Source of the DNA: the human T2T-CHM13v2.0 reference genome, Homo sapiens
Length of the DNA stretch: 64,000 nucleotides
Assembly (NCBI RefSeq): GCF_009914755.1
Contig: NC_060944.1
Reading direction: 5' to 3' (one strand)
Shown here in pieces: positions 27,956 to 40,166 of the stretch. The translations under genes and the position numbers were made by a program. The notes below the pieces were generated by a model. It did not search any database. It was given only the letters and a program-made list of their open reading frames with translations, and was not told the DNA's origin. The stretch's first letter is position 1. Every line of letters begins with the position of its first letter.

Positions 27956-28733
27956 CTTATGCTTCTCCTTCCTCAATAAATTACAAAGAGTGGGCCATTG
28001 CATTTAATAGAGAAGACTGGGGGAAAGGGAGAAGTGGCTCAGGGTGGGGCCATGGCTACATGAGGCCAGGTGCTAAGGTGTGGAACCTTTGGGGTGGTAG
28101 AGTTGAATGTACATTAGCACTCTTTCATCAGCTGCCCTTACAGTGTCATCATCCAACAATCATGTCTGTCTCTGTGGTCATTAAGGGAGTACTGACGTTG
28201 TTCCCATGATGATCTTCTCATTGATTCCATCCCAACCTTTTCAAACTAGAGCCAGGTGGGCGAGAAGACTTGTGAAAGACGTCCTTTCCCAATCAGGTGA
28301 TTGATGGGAGCTAGTCTGGCCAGGGTTTGCTCCTCCAGTGGTGGCCTTGCCTGACCTGTGTTTTTGACATTGGCATTTGCCAGCAAGCTGAGACCCACTC
28401 CACTTGACAAAGGAACCCTAGTGACCGGTTTACCTCAAGTGAACCCTCAGCAAGAAAGGGCAGAGAAGGCAAGGCTGGGTGACTCAGACACCCTGGGTGC
28501 ATCAGTTAAAAGAGAAATAGAGCCTTGGAGATAACAAAAGCAGTAAGAGATCTTAATGACTGAAGTTAAAAGAATAAGACCTGAGAAAGAAAGCCTAGGC
28601 AAGAACGATCTGGAATATGGGTTTCTTGGGCACTTTTTTTTTTTCAGAGATTCATTTTCACCATGTAACTTGCCAATCTACAATTAAACAATCCCGACTG
28701 AGTGAGAGTTCATTTATATTTAATTTATGTTAA

Positions 28734-29057
<324 letters not shown>

Positions 29058-29074
29058 CCTGTATTTAACTTTTA

Positions 29075-29660
29075 TATGAGTAACAGGAGAACATAGCTCA
29101 GACTTCTGAGTTCAAAAATATTAATGTTGTGAAAAGTTAGTGTCACTTTTGCCCTGTCCCCCATCAGTCAGTGCCTCTCGTTAGATGGCAGCTTTCTTAG
29201 AGTTTCATGAGTATCCTTCCAGTGATATATATTTCATGCATTTATGAATACATGTGTGTATGAACGTTTATAACCACTCAAATGATAGATATGTTCCTGT
29301 CCAGCATCTTGCTTTTTCACTTAACCTTATACCTTAAAGATTGTTCCACATTAGTAATTGAGGCCTCCCTATTGTTTTTCACAGTTGAATATGATTCCAC
29401 AGTACAGATGTGTCAGATTTAGTTCAGCCAGGCCCTATGAGTGGACTGTTAGGCTGTCTTCAATTTTTGCCTGCAATGAGTATCCTTGCTGTTATATTGT
29501 TTGACATATGTGTGAGAATACCTATGAGCTGTTGGCCTAGACTTGGGATTGTTAGGTCAAAATATATGTGCACTTGAACTTTGACGTGTAATGCCACACT
29601 ACCTTCCACAAAGGTGGTGCTGACTTAAAGTGCCACCTGCATTTTATGTGAATGCTCGTT
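29075..29660 (-). mobile_element. L1ME 3' region (continues at about 31560-32300)
   Basis: Degenerate antisense L1 3'UTR motifs (TTGCTTTTTCACTTAA, CTGCAATGAGTATCCTTG, GGGATTGTTAGGTCAAA). Confidence 0.6.
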
Positions 29661-30189
29661 TAGCTACCCAGGGGTGAACAAATGAAGGCTGCCTATTTTT
29701 GTAAATGAAATTTTATTGGTGCACAGTCAGGTCCATTTGTTTATACTGCCTATGGCAGCTTTCAAACAGCAGAGTTGAGTAGATGCAACAGAGAGCATGT
29801 GCCCCCACCAAAGTAAAAAATATTTACTATCTGGTGTTTTACAGAAAAAGTTTTCTCTTATTCACAATAGCGAAGATATGGAAGCAATGGAAGTGTCCAT
29901 TGACAGATGATTGGATAAAGAAACTGCGTTATGTCCTGTGACATGCAACTTACATATGTAACAGACTTACACATGCACCCTTGAAACCAAAATACAAGTT
30001 AAGAAAAAGTAGAAAGTAAATCCACAGAAATTAGAAATGATAAGATGCAAATAGTCATCAAAACAGAGGAACTTAAAGGAATAGGAAACTACTTTGCTCA
30101 ATTCTCTATAAACAAATTGAAAAGCTAAAAAATGAATAAGTTATTAGAAAAATACAATTTACAAACACTGGCCCCAGTAAATATACACA

Positions 30190-30375
30190 CAATTGCCATC
30201 AGATTTTTATTTTACATTTTAAAAGCATTTGCCATCCAATTGCCATCAGATTTTTATTTTACATTTTAAAAGCATTTGCCATCCAATTGCCATCAGATTT
30301 TTATTTTACATTTTAAAAGCATTTGCCATCCAATTGCCATCAGATTTTTATTTTACATTTTAAAAGAATTTGCCA
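30190..30375. repeat. 47-bp minisatellite, about 4 copies
   Basis: Unit CAATTGCCATCAGATTTTTATTTTACATTTTAAAAGCATTTGCCATC at 30190, 30237 and 30284 (identical) and 30331 (1 mismatch, truncated). Confidence 0.97.
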
Positions 30376-30558
30376 ACAGAAAGCACCAGGTTCAGATATT
30401 TTCACAGGAGAATGTTACCAAATCTTAAGCCATCAAATATTATTTTACCTTTTCAGAGCACAGTTTTACAAAAAGGAAAATTCCAAATTCATTTCCTGAA
30501 ACATTTCCAAATAACATTGACTCCTAAATCACAAAACTACATTTAAAAAAGGAAAATT

Positions 30559-31015
30559 ATGTTTATCACAGCACTGTTCACAATAGCAAAGTCATGGAAT
30601 CAACCTAAGTGTCTATCAATAGGGGATCAGATAAAGAAAATGTGGTACATACACAACATGGAATACTATGTATCTGTAGAAAAGAATGAAATCATGTCTT
30701 TTGCAGCAACATGGATGGAGCTGGAGGTAATTATTCTAAGTGAATTACTGTAGAAATGGAAAATCAAATACCATATGTTCTCACTTGTAAATGGGAGCAA
30801 AAAGATGCATACATGTAGACACGAATGGAAACAATACACACTGGGAACTCCAAAATAGGGGAGGGAGAGAGGTGAGTGTGGGTTGAAAACCTACCTATTA
30901 GGTAGTATGTTCAGTATTTGGGTGATGGGTTCTCTGGAAACCCAAACCCCAGCATCACCCAATGTACACATGTAACAAACCTGCACATGTACCCCCGATT
31001 CTGAAATAAAATTTT
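30559..31015 (+). mobile_element. L1PB (PB3/4-like) 3' end
   Basis: ORF2 C-terminus MFITALFTIAKSWNQPKC...FAATWMELEVIILSE; 3'UTR ends GTAACAAACCTGCACATGTACCCC...AATAAA. Confidence 0.88.
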
Positions 31016-32317
31016 AAAAAAGCTGTGGTGTATACCTACAATGGAATATTATTCAGCATTTAAAAAGAAGGACATCCTGCCATTTTCACAATAAGGATGA
31101 ACCTGCAAGATACTATGCTAAGTATCTTGCTAAATAAGCTAGACACAGAAAGAAAAATACCACATGATCTCACTCATGTGCGGGATCTGAACAAAAAAAG
31201 GACAAATATATAGAGATGGAGAAGAAAAGAGTGGTCACCCAGGGTTGTGGGGCTGGAGGAGTGAAAATGGGGAGATGGATGTCAAAGGAGACAAACAGGT
31301 ATGTGACATCAACAAGTCTAAAGATCTGATGAACAACATGAGAACTACAGTTTATAAAATTATATTGGGTTCTTTTGTTAAGTAGATTTTAACTGCTCTT
31401 GTCACAAAGAAAAGTAACTGTGAGATGATAAAGATATATTAATTTACTTTACTATAGAAACCATTTTACTAAGGATATGTATCCCATAACATGTTGTAAA
31501 CCGCAAATAAACACAATAACATTTATGTAAAAAAAAACTTTGGTGACCCCTGATACGTACTCTATCAACACAATGATATCAGACTTTTTGATCCTTGCCG
31601 ATATGAGGGAAGAAAATAGGTGTTTCATTTTTTATGAATGAGGTTGAAATTTTTTTTGTATTTTCTTTTTGCACACCTTGTATTTGTATTTTTTTACCTC
31701 TTATTTTTTTCTTGAGGAAATCAGCTCTTTTTCAGTGTCATGAGTAGGAAATATGTCCTCCTATTTGTTGCTTTTCTTTTTACTTTGATCATGAAGTTTG
31801 TTTTTAGCATGCAGAAATGTTTTTTACGTGATTAAATACATCAATCTATTGTGAGTTCAGATTTTCTGACATATTTATAAAAATCTTACCTATTTTTTTT
31901 TATTTTTTACCTTTTAATGTTTATACACTGGATCCATTTGGAATTTTATTGTAAAATGTGATGCAGTGATGAAGTCTTATTCTTTCTCCAGAAGGCTAGT
32001 TTGTTTTATGAAGTCCCCTTTTACTGAAGAGACCATATTGGAAAAACTAATTAGAAACATCATCTTTATCATGAACTAAATTCTACTTTTATTTGGCTCT
32101 GTTTCTGAGTGTTTATTTTGTTCACTTGATCCTCACTCTTTTAATGATTCTAGCTTTACACTATGTTTTAATTTCTGAGGGCTAGTTTCCCCTCAGCACT
32201 TTTTTTTTAGAATAAAATTTTCTGGCTATTTTTGCTTTATGAAATTTTTTCATATGGTGATTTGAACTAGGTTATATCCTTTAAAAACAAGTTTTGGTAT
32301 TTCCTCTCTTTCTCAAA

Positions 32318-32604
32318 CCCCTGCCTCTGTCATGAGAACAAACTCAAACCTATGTTGCCTTCTGGATGATGAGAGACCAAGTGGAGCAGAGAGGAGAGGA
32401 GTCATCCCAGCTGAGACCTTTCCAGACCAGCTAGCCTGCAGCTGACTTTCCAGCTAAGACAGGAGTAAATCCACTGGATAATAAATAGTCCTGGCCCAGG
32501 TTAGCAGAATTGCTCAGACAACCTATAGGGCAGTGAAAAAAAAATGCTTATTGTCATATGCCTTTGAGTGGTGGGTGCATTATTGTGGCAATAAATAACT
32601 GATA
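32318..32604 (+). mobile_element. MLT1G/H-like LTR, 3' half
   Basis: GATGAGAGACCAAGTGGAGCAGAG, CATCCCAGCTGAG and GCAATAAATAACTGATA. Confidence 0.6.
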
Positions 32605-32747
32605 AAAGAATAAATGAGATTACATAGGGAGACTGCACATGCAGAGAAAAAAAAAATGGCCTGAGCTGGAAGCCAAGGGTACACTAATATGGAAAGGCCC
32701 AGTGGAAGAACTCAGATGTGGTCTTACTTTCAATTTTTCTCTTACTT

Positions 32748-33113
32748 TTTTTTTTTTTTTTTTTTTTTAACTGAAGAAATAAAAAATACTTTTTAAAAAA
32801 TTATACTTTAAGTTCTAGGGTACATGTGCACAACCTGCAGGTTTGTTACATATGTATACACGGCCATGTTGGTGTGCTGCACCTATTAACTCATCATATA
32901 CATTAGGTATATCTCCTAATGCTATCCCTCTCCCCTCCCCTGACCCCACGACAGGCCCCGGTGTGTGATGTTCCCCGCCCTGTGCCCAAGTGTTCTCATT
33001 GTTCAATTCCCACCGATGAGTGAGAACATGCGGTGTTTGGTTTTCTGTCCTTGCCATAGTTTGCTCAGAATGATGGTTTCCAGCTTCATCCATGTCCCTA
33101 CAAAGGACATGAA
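32748..33113 (-). mobile_element. L1PA4/5-like 3' end, heavily 5'-truncated
   Basis: TTATACTTTAAGTTCTAGGGTACATGTGCACAAC...; 23-nt poly(T); TSD CTCTTACTT at 32739-32747 and 33114-33122. Confidence 0.93.
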
Positions 33114-33534
33114 CTCTTACTTCTTAATAATACCGATATGACGATGTCTTACTTAGAACAAGTAACATTCAACGGATATCAGCAGTGGGCTGTACAAATA
33201 ACTCCAGAGAGTGACAGACAAAATTCTTTCATTCAATTATTCATAAACTTTTAATAAGTGTTTCTGCATGCCTGGCATGGTTAACTTTTCAAAAATGAAA
33301 ATGATATGGTTGAAGTAACCGAAGAGCTCGCAATCCAGTGGTGCAGTCATACAAGATGTGAAAAGTGTGTTAACAGAGGTTAACTAGGGCCCTGTCGTCC
33401 TTAGCTCTGATTGGAAGAGTCTGGAGAGTATTCCAGTCTCGGAGTTTCAGAGTTGCATTCAAATGAAGCAAAAGTAAAATCAAGCACATAAAGAAAATAT
33501 ACATTGAGTTCTGACAAAAAGTCAGAAAACCGCA

Positions 33535-33927
33535 CTGTGGCTAAGACTGACCACAGCCCATTGTTGATCAAGACCATTTGCTTTCTATTTCTCAGCCGTC
33601 TTTGTAGTTTTGTGAGACCCTTTGACTGAATTTTAGCCAATGGAATGAGCAGGTCCACCAAAACCTCCTCCGTGTCATCCTCTTGGACTCTTTTGCCTTC
33701 TTCTGAATGCAGTGGAGTCCTCTGATGTTGGAAGCCACATGTTGAAGATGGCAGAGCAATATTATAGAAGTAGCTGGGTCCCTGGTTGCCCAGAACCCAG
33801 CATGTCTTAGAAGCATGCGGCCTGCTTGTCATTTTGCACTTCACATGAGCGAGAAATAAACTTCTGTCATGTTTGAGCCATAGTGCATTTATTCATTGTG
33901 ACATACAATGCTAACTTAACTAATATA
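33535..33927 (+). mobile_element. MLT1I/J-like MaLR LTR
   Basis: TGACTGAATTTTAGCCAATGGAATG, GAAGCCACATGTTGAAGATGGCAGAGC and GAGAAATAAACTTCTGTCATGTT. Confidence 0.7.
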
Positions 33928-34170
33928 CTGATGGAAGAAAATTGTACTAAAATCTGCCATGCTGGCTGGCATTGCTGGAAGATGCTTTTGTTACAGATAT
34001 TGTGTTAGGCGACATACTTTGACTCCCCTAAATTCAAACCAGGTAACAACAACCCATGCTATTTAAGTAAACTACAACATACACAAAGTAGATGCAGAGA
34101 TGTTCTAGAAGCAGATGGGTTGCTCTGGGTAAACTTAGTTTGGAAAGCTCCTTAGAAAATGTGAATCATC

Positions 34171-35148
34171 AGCAACAGAAATTACCAGCAGGGTAAACAG
34201 ACAGCCTACAGAATGGGAGAACATGTTCTCAAACCATGCATCTGACAAAGGTCTAATACTCAGAATCTATAAGGAACTTAAGAAGCCAAAAAAATTAAAA
34301 AAGGGGAAAGTACATGAAATGACACTCCTCAAAGAATATATACAAGTGGCCAACAAAGATGAAAAAATGCTTACTTCACTAATTACTAAAGAAATGCAAA
34401 TGAAAACCACAGTGAGATGTCATCTCATACCAATCAGAGTGGATATTATTACAAAGTCAAAAAAAAGCAGATGTTGGGGAGGCTGTGGAGAAAAGGGAAC
34501 ACTTATATACTATTGGTGGGAATGCAAAATAGTCCAGGCACTGTGAAAATCAGTTTGGAGATTTCTCAAAGAACTTAAAATATAACCACTATTTGTTCCA
34601 GCAATCCCACTACTGGATATCTATCCAAGGGAAAATAATTAGCTCTACTGAAAAAACACATGCACCTGTATGTTCATTGAAACTCTAATCACAATAGCAA
34701 ATACATGAATCAACCTAGGTGCCCATCAACAGTGGGTTGGATAAAGAAAATGTGGTGCATCTGTAGCATGGAATACCATGCAGCCATTAAAAAGGCTGAA
34801 ATCACATCCTTTGCAGCAATATGGATGTAGCTGGAGGCCACTATCCTAAGCAACCTAATGCAAGAACAGGAAACCAAATACCACATTTTCTCACTTATAA
34901 GTGGAGCTAAACATTGTGTACACATGCACGTAAAGATAGGAACCATAGACACTGGGCACTGGGGACTACCAGATGGGGAAGGTGGTAGGTGGTTGAGGGT
35001 TGAAAAACTACTCATTGGATACTATATTCACTACCTGGGTGTTGGGATCATTTGTAACCCAAACCTCAAAGACATGCGGTTTACTCATGTAACAAACCTG
35101 CACATACACCCATTGAACCTAAAATACAAGTTGAAAAAAGAAGAAAAA
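34171..35148 (+). mobile_element. L1PA15/16-like 3' end (ORF2 C-terminus plus 3'UTR)
   Basis: ORF remnant [13 protein letters not shown]...[20 protein letters not shown]; 3'UTR ends CATGTAACAAACCTGCACAT...AAAATACAAGTTGAAAAAAGAAGAAAAA. Confidence 0.9.
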
Positions 35149-35469
35149 GGAAAAACACTGAAGAGTTTTACAATAAAGGTAAAACAGTGCCACTCTTCTC
35201 ACAGATTTTAAGAAAATGTTCATTTTTTTATGAACCATATGTTCATGTTAGCATATAATGGGCTTATTTTTGTTAAAAAAAAAGGAAAATAAGAATCATA
35301 AGCAGCATATTGAAGAGGGAAGGGACTATTACACTAAGAAGGAAGAAAGGGCATTTGCAGAGGGTGGAGTTTTGATGTTGTTTTTGACGTCAAAGATCCA
35401 ATGACCTTTGATGATTATCTGTGGAATAACCTAGATTATTGATAAAGCTATACAGAAAAGGTACTCTAG

Positions 35470-35950
35470 GAGACCACCCTTGCTGCTTGCATCACATCCC
35501 TTTAGCTTGCCTTGAATTTTAGCTGCAGCTGTGGCAGGCCCTTCCTGCAGCTGTCAGTGTTCTCCTTCAAGGTGTGTAGCTGATTACTGTCCCAGTACCT
35601 TCTCCCACACCTGGCAGCTCCAAGCGAAGCCCCAGCATGTGGAGTTAGTGCCCTTGGGGTCAAACCTTAGCCAAAGGGGAGGGTGGCAGGAGGATTAATG
35701 CCCCGGCTTTCCATCTCTTAGGTAAACAATCCTTGGAAGCATTTGGAATGCTTCTTCGGAGGTCCTAGTGGCATCATTTCCCTTACCTATAGCAGTAACT
35801 TCAACAATGCCTCCTTTATCAGCATTCCTTCCTTCCTTTTTCGTTTTCTCCACTTCCTCTATTCTAGTTCCTGGGATCACTTCCCATGTAAACTAACTGA
35901 ACTGAAGTCTTTGTCTCAAGGTCTGCCTTCAAGTGAAGCCAAACTAGGGT
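35470..35950 (+). mobile_element. LTR33-family ERVL LTR
   Basis: TTTTAGCTGCAGCTGTGG, GGAGTTAGTGCCC and TTCCTGGGATCACTTCCCA...TGTCTCAAGGTCTGCCTT. Confidence 0.65.
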
Positions 35951-38900
35951 ACTATGAGTAAGAATTTCTGCAAATCCTTTTTACTTCCTGAACAATAAGT
36001 CCAATTACAATTTTTGTCTTTGGAACATTACGTTTATTTTGTTAGAGGCGCAGCCTGGATTCTGTTCCTAATGCCAGCCTTTGTCTTGCTTGGAAGTCTA
36101 AGATCTTATGACATTATGTCTAATCATTGTAGACTAAATATTATTTGACACTTAACACACATATATATTATTTGTGCCAATTTTAAGCAAAGATTTACCG
36201 AGCACCTTCTCAATACCAGGTGCTGTGCTTGGCACTGGGATTCAATTTTATTCATTCAGCTTTATGACAATACTCCATTAATTGTGCTGTTCTAGAGCTG
36301 GGCATATTCTTTGCAAGAAAGCATATTATGCTTCTAGGAAAGGTATATTCCTTTTTTTGAGCTGTCAACCCTTGCAAAATTATTTTATTCACTTAGATAT
36401 TTAGTTTAACTTTTGCTATTGTTATAATTTTCTGTTTTTTAGTTCTGGATGTACTTTCCTTATTCTTTTCTGGACCTCACTCATAATGGACTTACTACTG
36501 ATGCGGGATCTGCCTTGTCTTTCTTAAAGCTAGAAAACTGTCTCGCACATGTTAAGTGCTCAAATTTTTGTTTAATGGGGCTGGCTTATAAATGAGTCCA
36601 TGATGATTTCTTAAGAATCAAATCTCTTTGGATGGAGTGCATGATATCTAAATTCTTATCTACAACAAAGAAGCTGAAATAAAGTTCTGGAAAGCCAGCG
36701 GACTAGTCCCCAGTTTTTCTTTATTTTCTGACAACAGAAAAGCTTCAACAGATTGCAATTGACAAAAACATGGCAGAGGTCTTTGATATTTTTTTATTAT
36801 GTTTTTCTTCTTTCTAGTGAATTTCCCAGGAGTCAACTGCCTCCTCTCCTGGCTTTCAGTGTCTTAGGATGCCACCCTGATCTGCTGTTGCTAAGAGTAA
36901 CTCGTGCTGCCTTGTCTCCTCTCTAGTAACACACAGCACATGCATGTTCTGTTCTGCTCTGGCTCTGCTCTGCTGCGTTTATTTTTCACCAAGCCTTGTT
37001 TTACTGATAAGCAAAGTGAGTGAAGAGAGATTCATGTCTTGCCCCAAGTCACCGAGCTAGTAGTCGATAGAGCTGGGATCCGAATTAAGGTAGTCTGGCT
37101 CCAGAGCACCTAACATTGTACTGTATCTACCACTGACTCTTTCTATGCTCTGAAAACCTTTCCCTTTTCAGTTACATTCCTTTTTTTCAGAGTATACTAC
37201 CAGCTAAGTGCTGGCTCATTTGTCTGTAATCTATGTGGATACACATAGTGCTTTAACCTAGCACACTGTCCCTAGTGGTAGGAATTTCTGGCACTATGGT
37301 GGAGTAGGATTAGACGTTTTAGGGAAAAATTGTCCTTTCATTGTCTTCAAGCTTGTTCTGTGCCAACTGCCCAGTTGAATTGAAGGTCTCGGATTTTAGG
37401 ATTGACAAAGATACCCAAATCCTCCAATTGGCCTGCCACACACATTTATCAGTCATTAGCAGATCTTTAACTTATTTAGAAATCTAGCCAGATAAAGAGA
37501 GTCAGAAAATAAATTTCGTAGAAAGTTGAAAGTTCTTTTAGCTTTCACTGTGAACCTCTCTCTGCTGGTCATGTCTTTAAATACTTGAAGTTGTGTCTTT
37601 GTTCCATTCTTTGCCACTTCATGACATTTTGGGGCCACTGAGAAGCAGGTACCATTTCACAGATGTGGTGAGGGGTGGACATTAATAAGAAATACTATTT
37701 TTTTAACTACTTATTCATTGGCTGAATAAATACGTATTGAGCGCCATCTTGGTGGAAGACACTGGGCCATGTTCTGTGAGGGGATAGAGAGACGTAAGAA
37801 GATCTGTGCTCTCATATTTGTTGGGGTTTATTTTAGGGATTTTAACTGTATACATTCCTCCTTGAGATTCTGAACTAGTTGAGAAATAAATACAGAATTA
37901 AGTTTAGGATAAAATATATCAGTTTTGTTGCTGGCCAGGCTGTAACTACATGGCTCCATGTAGTTATTAACACAATCTAGCTCCCTAATTTTACTCATAG
38001 TCTTACTCAGTAGACACAAGTGGCAGACACTGAAGCCCTATCTCGGTGAGATTACTCTCCACTGGGAGCACACATAATGCAAGTAGGTTGGTCCCAGAAA
38101 GAGATCTCAGAAGGGATCACAAGTCTTTGAGTCTCATTGTTGAGATAGATGGTCACTCTGTTTCCCTTGGAAGAGGAGTGAGCGGGAGTAGAGGGAGTGA
38201 AGAAACTGTCTTCCCATTACCTCTCATGACTCCAAGTTCCTCTTTTATCAACCAAGGTAAAAATTGGGAGAAAATTTTTTTCCTAACATATCCATGAAAA
38301 GACAGTTAACTATATAAGCTAATATGTGATTATGCTCTGCAAACAGAATAAGGATGAAGCTTGTCCTTACATCGCAGCATCCCTCAGGGTTCTTGGTGTG
38401 TTCACAGTGATAGCAAACAAATTTGTAATTTTCTATACATTTTATTTTGCACTAACAACCTCTTTGTCTTGCTAGACTTTTCAATAAGTCAAAGATCTGC
38501 TAATTTCTAACAAATGTATCTGCCAAAGTGGATTTATTAGAGGAATGAGTTTCAACTGTGTTGCTCTTCTTTAAAGAGAGTTTTGTTAGTTTACTCTTTG
38601 GATGGTACTGAGTACTGTGTATCATATCAAATAAGAAGGGGGAGAATCAGAAAAAGAATTTTCAGAGACCTTAATGTGCAACTGTGAATTGTGGCTGTCT
38701 AAAGTTGGGTATAATGGGAAGCATTTATCAAGCGTATTTCTTTACAAAACTAGAGAATTAAACAGGAAAATTAAACTAGGGGATTAAATTAATGTGCTGT
38801 GGAACACACTTCGGAAAATGGGTAAGGGATTCAGAGAAAGGCAATATTTATGAATATAAGAAAAGTCAACAAAGGCTTTAATTGTGAAATTTTACTGGGC

Positions 38901-40166
38901 ATTAAAATGTGGGAGAATCTAGCAGAAAAGAAGGAAGTAGGCATGTCAGATAGAGAAACAATATTGGCTCAGAGTCACTGGAGGAGAAATGAAAGAATTA
39001 AATCTTTTTTAAAACAAAGGGGATAAATGTCACCGTACATGAGATTGGTATTTTGAAAAGTAGTAGTTTTGTTCATTATACAAGTAATTTTTGTGGAAAT
39101 ACACATAACATAATTTCAGCACCAAAAAAGCATTTAAAAATATGTTTGACAATTTATGGTTTTGCCGTTTTGGCAATTTAAACAAATAGAGAAGAAAGGA
39201 GTAGGTGGAGTAAATGTGCATGCAGAGAAGATAGACTTCGATGAGCCATGCAGTCAAGTATTTGCCAGGATCTTTGCAGCCATGCCAGCCTGTGACCTCT
39301 GATGAATGGTGCTCATGTTCTGTAAGAGTGCCCCAAACAGTAGCTACTCCTCATATTTTTCTGCACAGTAAGGCTACCATTTCATTTCATGTTTCTCATT
39401 AAGCTGCCTTTGGCCCCACTTCTATTGGATTTTGTCATGTGTTTGCATCTCTCCTGATCTGGACATCACCTGAATCAGTTCAGCTTCGGATACTTAGGGG
39501 GGACTGCTCAGTTTTGTTAGCATTCCACCAACCGTTTTAAGAAAAAAACTAAAAACTCCTTGATGAAGGCACGGTGTGCTGACTAGTGTCTGTGGAATCA
39601 AGCACTCTCATCTGCTTTGGGATTTTAATTACCTAGGGGTGCTGGGTACATTCAAATGACCTCCCTCTTCCATGAGCTCATCCTGGCAGTACAAAGCAAG
39701 CCACCCAAGAAAGCCAATCACAGATAATTGCCACGGGAACCTGAAGGCAACAAACCTGCTCCTGTGGGACTGGGCTTTGCATTGACTTAGCACTGGTCAG
39801 TGTTCCTTCATTGTGGACGCACCCAGCTCAAGTGGAGGTGAAGTCACCACTGCTCTGCTATGGACTTCACTGTTCTTTTGGTAGCTGAATATGCCCATAA
39901 AAATGATAATTTTTGGAGAAATGACTGGGCTCCCCAGATGTTTTTCAATATCTATGGTTAAGCATGATATAATTTCCACGCTGTAATGTGGCAGTGAATG
40001 CTGACCTTTTTTCTCTTTTCTTCAGAATTGTGAAAATTTCAGGTATGACATATCTTGTATTTTGTCTCTAGAATTTTCATATTTAGATTTAGATGACATT
40101 TATTGAATCTCTACTAGGTATCAAGCTAGATGTTTTGTGTTTCCTTTCTCATTTAATCTTCACAAC

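Larger units (their letters stand above)
29857..31537 (+). mobile_element. L1MA (MA7-like) 3' end, itself interrupted at about 29933-31015
   Basis: TTATTCACAATAGCGAAGATATGG...GGATAAAGAAACTG resumes as CTGTGGTGTATACCTACAATGGAATATTATTCAGC; ends in an A-tail at 31537. Confidence 0.8.
29669..31552 (+). mobile_element. MER58A (hAT-Charlie) split into 29669-29853 and about 31533-31552 by an L1 insertion
   Basis: CAGGGGT start, TTTTTGTAAATGAAATTTTATTGG core, AGAAAAAGTTT then resumes AAAAACTTTGGTGACCCCTG. Confidence 0.75.

Noticed and set aside
30190-30375. CRISPR-like array
   Set aside because: Head-to-tail identical units with no unique spacers, no cas genes, eukaryotic context.
33401-33844. Longest ORF (147 aa, minus strand)
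   Set aside because: Lies mostly antisense to an MLT1 LTR, has no recognisable domain, and its length is compatible with chance.
38365-38435. Minus-strand peptide FVCYHCEHTKNPEGCCD followed by GTAAG, superficially like a Ly6/uPAR exon
   Set aside because: No polypyrimidine acceptor upstream, an in-frame stop close by, no start codon and no partner exons; probably chance.
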